From: Lama glama
Lineage: Eukaryota
DNA length: 64,000 bases
Assembly: GCA_028534125.1 (NCBI GenBank)
Contig: CM052817.1
Location: forward strand, 74,092,001 to 74,156,000
Direction: 5' to 3'
The position numbers and the translations under genes were made by a program. Below, in pieces: positions 12,076-23,949 of the stretch (within the stretch, counting starts at the first letter, position 1; every line of letters begins with the position of its first letter). The notes under the pieces are model-generated. The model was not told the DNA's origin and made no database searches. It saw only the letters and a program-made list of their open reading frames with translations.

Positions 12076-14339
12076 CGTTTCTCGAAATTGTTTATTTTAA
12101 GAATACTTCTTCACTTTAAAGAAACAAGCCAATTAGCAGCTATTTCTTAGATGCTTTCATCAAAAAAAAATTGCCTTTAAGGAATGACATAAAAATTGTA
12201 TATACTGATAGCAGGACTTGAGTGATTGGATCATATGTAAAAGAAAATAAAGGCTTTTTCCATTATAGCTTACTTCAGACCATTATTTAAATAAATAATG
12301 AAGGCACTACCTTAAGCTAGGACTTGATGAAACACAAAGTGGAAGAGGTCCCCAGTCTTTAGGGATTGACAGAGTGCCTCTCAGGTAAAGGGTCTCTGCC
12401 GTACATCTAGCAGATACTTATTGTTATAAGTTTAGACAATGTCTGAATTTAGACCACAGCTTGCTGACAAATATACACTGTCCCATGGCACTCTGCCAGT
12501 GGAGAGGTAGAAAAGCTTGGGAGATAATCAAAGGTCACAGCTTAATTTAACACCATCACACACCGAATAGGAAGACAGGCATTCCTGACTGGGGCAGAGA
12601 CAGTGTGTCCTCCAGTGACTGCTCAGCCCTTTAGCAGAGTCAAATCCTGCCTTTAAAAGGTGGGGCTCACCAAATGGCTTAAAACAGGTCTCATCTTTCA
12701 TCAAGGGCTTCTAATTTTAAATTGCTGCCACGCTAAATTTTATCTTGAGTGTCTCCCTGAGTCTCCACCCAGTTTGTTCAGATGTAACACTGGTTTTAGA
12801 TGAGAATTTCCCGGGACCGTGGATTCCAATCTGTATTGTTTAGCACACAGCTTGTGTGCAGCACAGAGCAACGAAAGCTAAGAATTTGAATGAAAGTCTT
12901 ATATATCCATTTTTTATTTATTTCATATAAGTATATATAAGTTGATGTATAAAAATCCTAATCTCTATCGGTATCTCTGTGATAACAGAATCAAAGAGAG
13001 ATTAAAAACAAAACTATTTCCCCTCAGAATCAAGTTAGAGGTCCTATTTAAACGTTACTTAGAAATGCACTGAGGTAGCAACCTGGACTCAGTTGGTAAA
13101 AACGGGTAATATCACATGTTATGAAACTCAACTCCTCTAAAAAGTGAGGCAGAAGGGTTCCTCAGGATAACTTTGCTCAGAACTCACATGTCTCTGGTAG
13201 TACTGCCAGTGGGAAAATTCAATTGATAATCACTGATAAAGCACTTACAGTTTGGAATGGGACCATTCAGGAGAAAATGAAATTTCCAGTTTTACTTGCT
13301 ACAGCTAAACTTACATAAGACAAGGGTACGAGCGAAATGTACTCACAAAGATGTAGTTCACATAACCAGCAACCCATTCAATTTTTCCCCCATGTGTTAC
13401 AGAATTCAGATTCCTACACACAGATTTAGCTCACGTAAGCATGTATTTTATTCCAATTGTGGACAAACCTCCCGGTGGCTCAGTGTGCAGTGTAAGTAGA
13501 CGGAAATGCCCGAATCGGGGCCACCACCGCTCTGCTGGTGCAGGCTACATGTGTCATTACAGACCTGAAAAACCTCAATTACTCTTCCACAAAGCTAATC
13601 ATCAAGCTGGGCCATGGGAAAATCTGATTCTTCTGCTTGCATTGTAAGGGCCAATGGAATGCAGGAGTATAGGTGGGAATTTTAAGTATTTCTGGCAATC
13701 TTTCTCCATTGCCAGTGGAGTTCCTTATCTGTAGTGGGTCAGGAGGAGCTGCAATGTCTCATAGCTCAGGGGAATGTGTCTTCTGGGATCTTACACTCTC
13801 AGCAGCACAGTACAGTAAAACTGTACAAAACCTTACCGGGAATAAAATGTGGAAAATGAGGAGTAAGCTGGGAGTCGGGGGGGTTTGAGGTGACTGCCAA
13901 AAGCAGAGTTAAAGAGGGGCACAATGAAATGAGTTCAAATGGATTCAGAGCACCTTGGCTGTGTGAAATGTAGGATGTGGGCAGGGGGTTCCTGGGCCTC
14001 CCTCTTCACCCCCAATCATGGCCGGCTCTTTGCTGGCCGGCCTCCTTCTCTGGACTCCAGATGCACGAGGTAGAAGGCCTCCTTGGCCAAACCAGGTTGT
14101 ATATATTGTCATCCAAATAAAATTCACATCAACTCTCAATCTGGCTCAAACTGATCTTTGATTCAAATTCTATTCTGTGTGTGAAAATTTATATACACAT
14201 AGCAATCAAGTATAGGTAATGTTTTTAATCTTCTAGTTGGGAAAAACTCTTTTCTTCAAACTCCCTGAGCTCAATTTACACATTTCTCATGGAATCTTTT
14301 TCTGTCCCACATTCTATACTATTGCATCGACTACCAAAA

Positions 14340-14452
14340 TCACATGGTGAGCAATTTAACGCCAAGGAACATCGCCATTATCTTTGTGTTCTCTATAGCA
14401 CCTAGCTCAGGAACATCACACATTAGGTGTTCAATAAATATTTACTGACTCA
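14340..14452 (+). mobile_element. L2 3' end
   Basis: tagcacctagctcagg...taggtgttcaataaatatttactga. Confidence 0.7.
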
Positions 14453-14506
14453 ATGAGGCAGATGCAATAGAAACTTTTCCTACACAGAGCTTAGACTTAA
14501 AATTAC

Positions 14507-14730
14507 AGATAACACTTACTAAGTGTGGACTCTGGCAAGTACTGTTCGGGAAGTTTTACATCAATCAAATCATTTGATTCTCACAGCAGTCCTAGAAGTT
14601 ATATGTTACTGCTTTTTCTGTTTAACAGCCAAGGAAACTGAGGCCCTGAGAGGTTAAGCAAATTGTTCAAAGTCAGACAGGATGTAAGTGGCAGAGCTGG
14701 GGGTTAAATCTAAACAAGTGGGTTTCAGAA
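14507..14730 (-). mobile_element. MIR SINE
   Basis: aaggaaactgaggccctgagaggttaagcaaattgttcaaagtcagacag...gtaagtggcagagctgg is the MIR core, reverse strand. Confidence 0.88.
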
Positions 14731-14734
14731 CGAA

Positions 14735-15405
14735 GTCAGGAGTCAAGAATCAGGAAGGCTTCCTGTTTCCAGGCCACAGGAACTGCAGGGTGTCTTCTAG
14801 GCATCTCCCCATGAATCCACTCCTACAATTTTTAGTCTTTTAATTACCTGGCTCAGATTTCAAATTCCAGAGAAGGGGGAGCACCTGACAGCCCCAGCTC
14901 AGGTCATGTGCCCACACCTTAAATAAAGGAGGACAAGACACCTTCTAGAATAGACCCACCAGGCTACATACAGTTGACCCTCTGTGTCCACAGATCTCGC
15001 ATCTGCAAATTCAACCAATGAAGAGTAAAAAATATTCAGGAAAAAAAAGCTCCAGAAAGCAAAACTTGAATTTGCTGCTCACTGGCAAATATTTACATAG
15101 CATTTACATTATATTTACAACTATTTACATAGCATTTACATTGTATTAGGTATTATAATCACTCTAGAGATGATTCATGATATACATAAGAATGGGCATA
15201 GGTTATATGTAAATACTGTCCCATTTTATATAAAGGGACTTCAGCATCCTTGGATTGTGGTATTCAAAGGTGGTCCTAGAACCAACCCACCGTGGACACT
15301 GAGGGACGACTATATAATGGGGAAGGGTTGGTCCCACAGTTAAATTGTGGTGCTTACCAAAAAAAGAACAGAATCGTTGCTGGGCAACAAATTCAAAAAG
15401 TGTTC
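14735..15405 (-). mobile_element. Old MaLR LTR (MLT1K/L-like) interrupted by MER2B
   Basis: ccagctcaggtcatgtgcccacacc before, and ggggaagggttggtcccacag...ggtgcttaccaaaaaaagaacagaatcgttgctgggcaac after, the MER2B. Confidence 0.55.
14971..15312 (-). mobile_element. MER2/MER2B non-autonomous TcMar-Tigger element
   Basis: TIRs cagttgaccctc / gagggacgacta, TA on both sides, internal ccattttatataaagggacttcagcatcc. Confidence 0.9.
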
Positions 15406-15938
15406 ATGATTCCCATCTTTAATCTTAAAAAAAAAAATCCTCTATGTTTTTATCCATTTTTGCCTAATGAGCCATTAAAACCAGTGATGGCCTTATTCAC
15501 CACTCACAGACCCCTGCAGAGGCTGGAACCAGAGGCAGCATCACTCTCTACAGCTCTTTATCTGGGTACCCTACTGGCCTACTGTCTCTTCTCATCATCT
15601 CACTTTGGACCAGACATAACTAGGGACTTCAGAGCTTACAACAGTGACTTGGTTGAACATGATGTTTTCAAGTCCTTAGTTAATAGCCTCCACCATTTTT
15701 TCATTCAAGGAGAGGAAATAATAAGTTAGAAATTTGACATATTTGTTGGTTAAATTATCTATAGATTAAAATAAGACCAGGTGCTGCTTGAATTTCAAAC
15801 TCAGAAACTGTGTAATAAATTTTAAAATTAACAAAAAGATTACATTCGGGTATAATCAACAAAGGAAATTTCAGGCTTGAAGTTGAACCTCTAAAGTGAT
15901 TCTTTTCTAAGTCTCACTGGGTGTCCCTCCCCAGCCTT

Positions 15939-16032
15939 GTGTGCACATATGCACACACAAAGCATACATGTATACGACTATATGTACACATGTATAGATG
16001 CATACACATATACATATATACACACATATATG
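15939..16032. repeat. Degenerate (CA/TA)n alternating purine-pyrimidine tract
   Basis: gtgtgcacatatgcacacaca...catacacatatacatatatacacacatatatg. Confidence 0.8.
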
Positions 16033-16900
16033 GATTCTCTTTGTATATGATTAACTATATAGAGCATACACTGGATAATTCACAGGTACTGATTGATTGA
16101 TTGATCACTTGATTTAATAAACTGTTTTCTTATTTTATACATATTTATTTTTTTGACATTTTGAATCAGAAAGCCATGAGAGGAAAACTTTTTAAGCTGA
16201 AGTCCATAAAGTCATCTGAGTTTAATTTGATAATGACTGAACTAAATATGCAAGATTTAAAATGCCCAGTATAATTTAGCATATACACTTTAATGCTTAA
16301 AACTAAAAGCAATTTTAAAATATTTAGTTCCTGTTCTGCAAAGAGAACTTTTAAACTTGGCCTCCAGTATTAAATTAAATCATTGTGTTTAAGAAGAGAA
16401 TGTTAACTAGCATGCGGAATCCTTGCTTCTGTCTCCCAGACTACTGGTTTCTTCTCCAAAAGCATTTTTCCCTTTGGTTTAATTCTTCTCCACCTCCTCT
16501 CTTTATCTCCCTATTATAGATCTCTGGGGGTTTTTTGGTTTTTTGTTTGTTGTTTTGCCTACTTGCATTTATTTCTCCTTTGTTAACTGTACTCCTTTTT
16601 TATTTTAGTAAACTGGCTTGGCCATCATCCTTTTTCAGCTCCAAAGGCTACTGTGTTATTTCCTTAGAATAACTGGTTCAGGGATAGACAACACAACTCA
16701 ATTTTAGTACAACTGCTGGAATTAAATGGAAAAAGAGGCTTTCCTTACAATAACACATTACTGTAAGAAATATCTAGGGGTCACCATTCTGAGAAAATGT
16801 GCCTGATAAAAAACCAGAAAAAAGCACAGAGGACCAACTGAACATGGGCCACTTTTGAGCCACATTTAAAACTAGATTTACTTTTACATATTACTGTCAC

Positions 16901-17541
16901 TGTTAGAGCAGGCAGACAGCTAGAATGAGCAGACAAAGGGGGATGCAAGTCAAACAGCAGGAATAGGCAGAAAAAGGAGGGGCATGGACCAAATCCAGGA
17001 AACCATATACCATGTAAACAACAGGGGACCCTGGGCAGAGAAAGAAAAGCAGGAACCTTTGGGCTGATAAATGGTCACACACTGTGGGTTGACAAGTGGC
17101 CTGGAGGCCAACTAAGAAAGGTGGGAAAAGGCAGGACTCTCCAGTGTCCCAATGTAACCTTTTGCTCATTATGCCCTCATTTCAATAAAATTAGCCTTGC
17201 AGATTAGAAGTACCCACCATGCATTGACTCCATGACACTTCCGATCCAGACTAAATAAGGACAAAAATCCCTCCTCCCCTCAGGAAGGTGGAGTTGGGAT
17301 GAAAATCAGGGAATACAATCCCAAACCCTTCCCTCCCCAGTGAACATTCCATCCATTCAGTTTTACACTCTGTATAACCAACTTGCCAAAGAAACTCAGG
17401 GGAGCTGCTCACCTGAGCCTGCCGTCTCTCCCCTTGAGAGTGTTCTACCTATCCCATAATAAATCCCCACTCTTTCTTAACCTCTGTGTCTTATCTCTGA
17501 ATTCTTTCTGTGATGGTACAAGAACCTAATCACTGGCAACA
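16901..17541 (+). mobile_element. ERV1-class solo LTR (MER50-like start), 641 bp
   Basis: TGTT...AACA termini; TSD tcac at 16897-16900 and 17542-17545; TATA-like tgtataac near 17371; AATAAA at 17458-17463; U5-like tctctgaattctttctgtgatggtacaagaacc. Confidence 0.9.
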
Positions 17542-18091
17542 TCACCACTTTCCAGTGAAATTTCCCCCAATTCTATGTTACGGGTGTTTCTAGCTCCCAA
17601 GGCATTGTTCCTACTTCTCTTAACAAAATAACCCTAGGGTGTGAGGCTCAGCTCAGTTACCTTTAACCAAACATCTTCTGAATATGCTCATTTGGATTTA
17701 CTTCAAATTAGGCCCAACTTTCATAAACCTAAGGCTTTACCTCTGTATTCCACAAATGAACCATTTCCAATACTACTGATTGAGGGTCTGTAACACCCAG
17801 AAGCTTACAGAAAAGCCTCTTTTCCATGACACTTGCTAGCTATACTAAGGATGGGATGAAACTGATATTCTGTCATCTTCATGCTCAGGGCAAGCGTAAA
17901 AAGAGTAAGTCCGTGGTGTGGGGGAGGAGTGCAAAAGGCAGACCGAGTTTGAGTGAAAAATAACAGACTTCAAAAAGTCCCACGTTAACATTCAGGTGGA
18001 AGAGGGAGAAGATAAAAACAAATTATTCAAAACCAAATGTGAGTACATGATACTCCACCATTTAAATTTTGTTAATAGCAATATTTCACAT

Positions 18092-18335
18092 TGGTTCGTA
18101 GCACTGTCTTCAGTGTCAAGAAAATCAAAGTTTAAGTCCCAGCATGGCCATTTACTCTGTGACCTTGGATAAAGCAATTAACCTCTCCTGCTCCAAATTC
18201 CTCACCTGTAAAGAGGAAGTAAATAAAACTGTATACCTCACAGAGTTACTGTGCAGAAAAAAAAAATGAGACATGTAATAATATGCTTTTCATAATTTGG
18301 GAAGGGGAGTTTATAGTACTTAGCAAATGTTAGCT
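18092..18335 (+). mobile_element. MIR SINE
   Basis: ctgtgaccttggataaagcaattaacctctcctgctccaaattcctcacctgtaaa. Confidence 0.82.
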
Positions 18336-19779
18336 TCGATTAAAGTCAGATATTCCTTTATAAAACCCAAATGATTTTCCAATAATATAATGTGTTGATA
18401 AGGACAGTTCAATAAAACTGATCTAAGCAATTCTCATTTGACTATGTATCTTTTGATTCTTGGGTTTTAGTTACATGCTAACTAACTCGGTTTCATATAA
18501 ATATTCATGCTTCAAATCAGCAGAGACCAAGTTAACATCACAAGTCTCTAAAACTCTCTTTCCACTGCAACTCTCAAAAGGAAAAGTGTGATTCTTTTTA
18601 ATCCTTTACTGTTTTCTTTAGGTAAAGAGATTACATGACCCAAAAAGAATTTCCACGTTGAGATGGCCAACGAGAGAAATAGTTAACAGACAAAAAGCTG
18701 TAAGCCTGAGTGCTTAAGGGAAATGTTCTTCCTTCTCTAGAATATCAGCAACTATCACTTATAAAGTTTTTCCAAACTTCAGGCATAAATTTCAAGGGTC
18801 TAAATATTCCAAGTCCTGAGGCACTATGCCTTATCCATTCATCACTGCACTTCTATTCATAGTCCCCAAGTGTTTCGGGTTTTATGACTGTCAGTTAGGC
18901 ATGCCCTTAGAAAAGGTCCATATTGTCACTCCCTAGGACATTCATTCTAGGACAAGAAACCAAATGCTGATGATGTCGTTCATCCAGATCAGTGGTCTCT
19001 TTGTTCAAGTAAGAACAGGCAGGAAGGATTTCTTACTGCCCATGAAAATGCCCCAGTTGGGTCAACGTTTCTGGAAAGGGTTGAATAGTTTTCAAATTCC
19101 AAAAAAAGAGATTAAAAAGCAAACAAAAGCGGCTTTCTTCCCTCAGGCCCCAATGAAGAATGTGACCATTAAAGAAATACATCAGGCCATGTATACATTG
19201 CATGTTTCAGTCTTGGCACCTTGTGGATTTGAGAAAGAAAATGATAGGAATGACTTCAACTGCCTAAATAATTGCAGTCATCAGCATCAGGTAATTGAAT
19301 CTCCTACTTTGCTCGCTAGCTAAAAATAAGTTCCCAAAATGTTCCTAAGAAAAAGTCAAGGTAGACGGTAAATATCAATCAATTAAGCATCATAACAATC
19401 AAGAAAAGTCAGTATTTGAATTTAAGTACATCATAATATCATGCCTGAGAAAATGACATCATTTTAAGGATACAGGCTTAGTTACTTCACATTTCTTAAA
19501 GTGTCTGTTCACATGTGTCACATTTTGCTCCAAAGTAGGTATCTGGCGAAACAAAATCTCCAGTTTTAGCTTTGGTTAAAAATCCATTTCTATGATTCTG
19601 AACATGCTAATTATCTAGTATTTAGGCAACAGAACCTTCAAAGAGCTGGCACCATGGCACCACATGGACCCGAAGTAGCAAGTAAATAAAAGGAGACCTA
19701 TAATAGTCACTTCAAACTCTTTGAACTCTATAGAAAACAAGTTTGTATTCTTTCCAGAAGCTTCCTCATAGGCTCTTAT

Positions 19780-20800
19780 GCAAAAATATTTAGTGAATGC
19801 CTACTGTGTGCTAGCACTATTCTAGGCACTGGGGATAAAAAAGTGAAAAAAAAGTTCCTGTATTCATGGAATGTTCTAGTGGGCAATACAGATAATTGAC
19901 CAGATAGATGAAATTTAATTTATGATAGGTTAGGTGGTGATAAGTGTCAGGGAAAGGGGGGGAAAAAGGCCAAGAAGGAGTTGGGAAGAGTTGGTGAAGA
20001 AGGGCAGCTTTTAGGGACACAGGGAAGAACTATGAACCAAACCCTGCAGTTGGGGAGAGTTAAGCTAGGCAGGTTGCTGGCAGATGAACACTCAGGGCCA
20101 AGGGAACAGGAAGTGGAAATGTCTAGCTTGTTCCAGACTATGAGGGAGGCAGTGTGGCTGGAGCTGATTGGGCAGGAGGAGAAGGGTAATCCATGAGACA
20201 ACGGAGGCTCTGAGCAGAGTAGCCTTTGGCTGCTGTGTTGAGAATAGATGCAGGAAGGCCAGGGCAGAAGCAGGGAACAACTAGTTACGATGCTATTACA
20301 GTGATCCAGGCAAGAGATGACAGTGGCTTGGGCCAAGGCAGTGCTGTGGACATGGTGATGAATTACTGAATTCCAGATATATTTTAAAATTAACAGGAGT
20401 TGCTGTTGATGAATTAGATATAGTATGCAAAAAAGAAAGGAAGAAAGAGAGAAAGTTAGTAATTACTAAAATGTTGGGGCCTGGGAAACTGCAAAGGTAG
20501 AGTTGTCACTAACTGGCAGGAGCAAGTTTGGCCGAGTAGAAATGAGGTCAGTTTCAGACATTTTAAATTTGAAATGCCAGTGAGACATCCAAGTAGAGAT
20601 GGTGAGGAGGCAACAGGAATTCAGGTAGAGGTCTGAGCTGCAGTGATCAATTTGGCTGTCTTTAGTTTACAGGTGGGATTTAAAGCCATTATAGCGGATG
20701 AGATACTCAGGAAATAAATATCAACAGAAAATAGAGGTGCCAGAGGAACAAATTTTGGATTGTCTAGGAGATGAGGAAGATCTAGCAAAAAACGACCTAG
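19780..20800 (-). mobile_element. L2 (L2a-like) 3' region, about 1 kb
   Basis: aaatatttagtgaatgcctactgtgtgctagcactattctaggcactggggata; gtgatccaggcaagagatgacagtggcttgg; gagacatccaagtagagatg. Confidence 0.9.
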
Positions 20801-20879
20801 AAGGATCAAAGAAAATTATCTGTATAGTAAATCTGAATTACCTCTATGGTATTTTGCATATATGCATGTTGTCTCATGA

Positions 20880-21150
20880 ATAACTAAAAAAACTTCAAGT
20901 GCCTTGAAGAGAAGACAAAACCTAACTCATTGTGGGCCCCAGGGACCAGCACTGTATCAACTATGTAATAAACACTAAACGTATTTGTTGAATAAATAAG
21001 TGGTTGAATAAATGAATTCAGGATCTGGAGGGTTCAGTTTAGCTCAACAAACATTTATTGAATACCTTCTAGTTCCAGAAACTGAGCAAAACACTGGGAA
21101 ATAAAGACACATAAGTAGAGACATTCCCGATAGAGAAGACAGACAAGTTA
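20880..21150. mobile_element. Two L2 3' ends tail-to-tail (+ about 20880-21017; - about 21044-21150)
   Basis: gtatttgttgaataaat...aatgaat followed by tcaacaaacatttattgaatacct. Confidence 0.65.
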
Positions 21151-22489
21151 ACTTGGTAGTGAATTGGTTTCATTTCTTACCAAGGGCAACATTAAGCCCA
21201 TATCCATACTTAATATTTTTATAATTAAGTATGGATAAAAACAGTTTGTTCTTGAAAGGGAATGATAGTTCTCCCTTTAAAAAAATTGTTAAGATCTGAT
21301 TCCCTATCCTCCCTTTTAGCAAGATATATGAGAAATTACAGCGAAAGTTGATGAAAAAAAATCATGATTCAAGGTAGTAAATCTATATATAAAACTTTCC
21401 AAAAACATACCTATCACTACAGTAGCAAAGGAGAAAAATGATCAAGACCATGAATTATAACTTTCTTCAAAATTCTACACTGAAAGCTTTTCTCTGAGGA
21501 TTCAATAAAAGTCCTGATTGTAGGTTACTGATTTGGAATTCAAAAAATTCTAAAGCATTTATGGTAAATCAGACTTCTCTAATATATTTTTTTAAACAAA
21601 AGAGAGATCTTCCTTGAAACAATTATTCTTGTCTGCCAACATCTTAACAAATTTATAGCCACACCAACACATACAAAATACACACACAGCAGAAATACAT
21701 AAATGGCTGGCTGGAGGGCTAAAGAGATTGATGGTTTGATAGGGAGGCAGGTGGGCTGAAAGACTGACAATTACACAGGCATTATAAAACAGACAATGTT
21801 TAAATATTAATTCATATTGAAATTATATTATCAGCCAAATACTATCTACAAAATTATCACTAAATCATGAGTGGCATATTTAATATTTTAAAAATTTCAG
21901 TTGAACTTTTCTAAATCAAACCAATTAGCAAATCAGTAATTTTCACATTTTTGCCCTATACCCTCACAGAACTGGCACACATCACACAACAGAAGTGTAT
22001 GTTATATACATATACACCAAGAATGAATATATGCATTTGAAATTGACATAGCCTCAATAATTCTTTTCACTTTTTTTCAGACTTATTTAAAATATCAAAG
22101 AACTCAAGTCATTTATCCAATAAATGTTTACTGAGTGCCTATTATGTTTTAGTGCTGTTTATATCCTTGCTGTAGTTAGCAAAGAGGTGTTTTTTACCCC
22201 CTCAAAATCTGCTTGTTTGTCAAAAGTCACATACTTTTGGATGTTTTACTTATTTTATTCACATAGCTAGAATTTCAAAACACTGAACTGGTAACTGTTT
22301 CTGAGTCTGCTGTCTTAACAAAATGTCATTGTTTTAACTATTCTCAATTAACATAGCTATCAATTAGCTAGTCAACACATTAAAGAGAGAAACTATTCTT
22401 TTCTCTCATCAGATTATTGTAGTTATTTTAGAAATGGAATGTTTAACTCAACAGAAGACATCAACAAAAGAGTTTCAGGTTCAGTTAAT

Positions 22490-23170
22490 CATTCTATCTA
22501 TTACTTCTACCTCTTAAATTACTCTCAAAGCTTTCCACGTTTCTGCATTTCCACTGCACTGCTTCAATCCAGAAACCAGTATCTGACACTAGGATGCCAA
22601 TACGCTCCCAGATTTGTACCTGGAATGACTTTGCTCAAGTATCTCATTACAACATTCCCCTTAATTCTCCTTTTTAAAAATCAGGTTTTAGTTCAAGGAG
22701 TGATAAATGAGGAAGGGGCATTGAGAACTGGCCCCTGCCTGCTTCTTCCGTCCCACAGTTTCACGATACCCCCTTTCTCCCCTCAACCTTAATGGCTCAT
22801 CCAGACTGAGGTACAAATGTTACAACTGTCTACAGTCTCTCTCTCCCGTGGGCCTTGCACATGTTATTGGTCCTGGCATTGCAGAAAGGAGATGGAATCT
22901 AGGATGGACTAAATTTTCCTTATTCTCTAGACCTCAGCAGAGAGTCTCCCCCTCCATGCTCTCACTCCTGTGGTCATTAGGCACCATTCCTCCCCACGAG
23001 CTCACTCCATCTTAGGGCTCACCATAGTTTATTATCTCTCTTCCTGATTAGGCTGAAAGCTCCTAGTGGGCAGGGACTATGTCTCATTCATACTTTAATC
23101 TCTACTATTTAGCAAAGTGCTTGGCATACAATTAGCACCTAATCAGTATTCTAGTCATTGGATGAATGCA
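22490..23170 (+). mobile_element. L2 fragments
   Basis: ttctacctcttaaattactctcaa...; gggcagggactatgtctcattcatactttaatctctactatttagcaaagtgcttggcataca. Confidence 0.65.
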
Positions 23171-23949
23171 TTATAATAGCAAATCTATTTATAGAGAACG
23201 TCTTAAGTACCAAAGCTTGGGGAAAAGCTAGGCAAACCAACAGCAGCACCTGTCAAGTTTGGGGGTCTCAAGTAGAAGTGAAAAGTATGCAGGGATCACG
23301 TAGGACTTGGGCTTCCTGCCTACAAAGTCCAGGCTGGCAGATGGAGTTGATGAGAGTGTGGCAGAAAATATCATCATATCCTGAAGAAGCTGATTGCTAA
23401 ACTTAGTCCAACATCTTTTAAACTGTGACTTTTCCAGATTCTCTTACATAGCAGAATGTCACTGACAGTCCATAGACACTGTCTCTAAAATGACAATTAA
23501 TACCCAAGATAGCCTTTTCCAAGGAGAGCCATCTGACCCAGGAGCTGAAAGGCATCTACTGAAGGAGGGAGCACTTTAATAAGCGTCCAAGATTTTATAC
23601 TTAATTAACTTTTTGAGAAAATTGGGCTTTCAGAATCTGGTTGAGCAAGAGGCAATAAATCTCTCTGAGTCTGCACAACAATTTCCATGAAGAAAGAATA
23701 GTTTCAGTTGTTTTCTGAGAAATGCTTACAGTACTTTATCAATCTTTGCAGCCTATAGTACATGAGACACACATAACTCAGACCTCTATTATTTTAAAAA
23801 TACATTTTAAAAATTTTAATTTCTAGCCTTGACTTTTGAAGTCCAGCTAATGAATGACTATGCCTTGCTTGCCTTTTCAATTCCAAACAATTTTGGAATT
23901 TCTAATTAATTTTATAAAATTCAAGATTAAAAAAAATTATATGGTTTTG

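Noticed and set aside
15292..15729. 145-aa ORF
   Set aside because: Starts in MER2B and MLT1 remnants from a GTG start; no recognisable domain
18968..19075. C-box-like tgatga as a possible C/D snoRNA (similar motifs near 37800, 39261, 58320)
   Set aside because: No properly placed CTGA D box with a terminal stem
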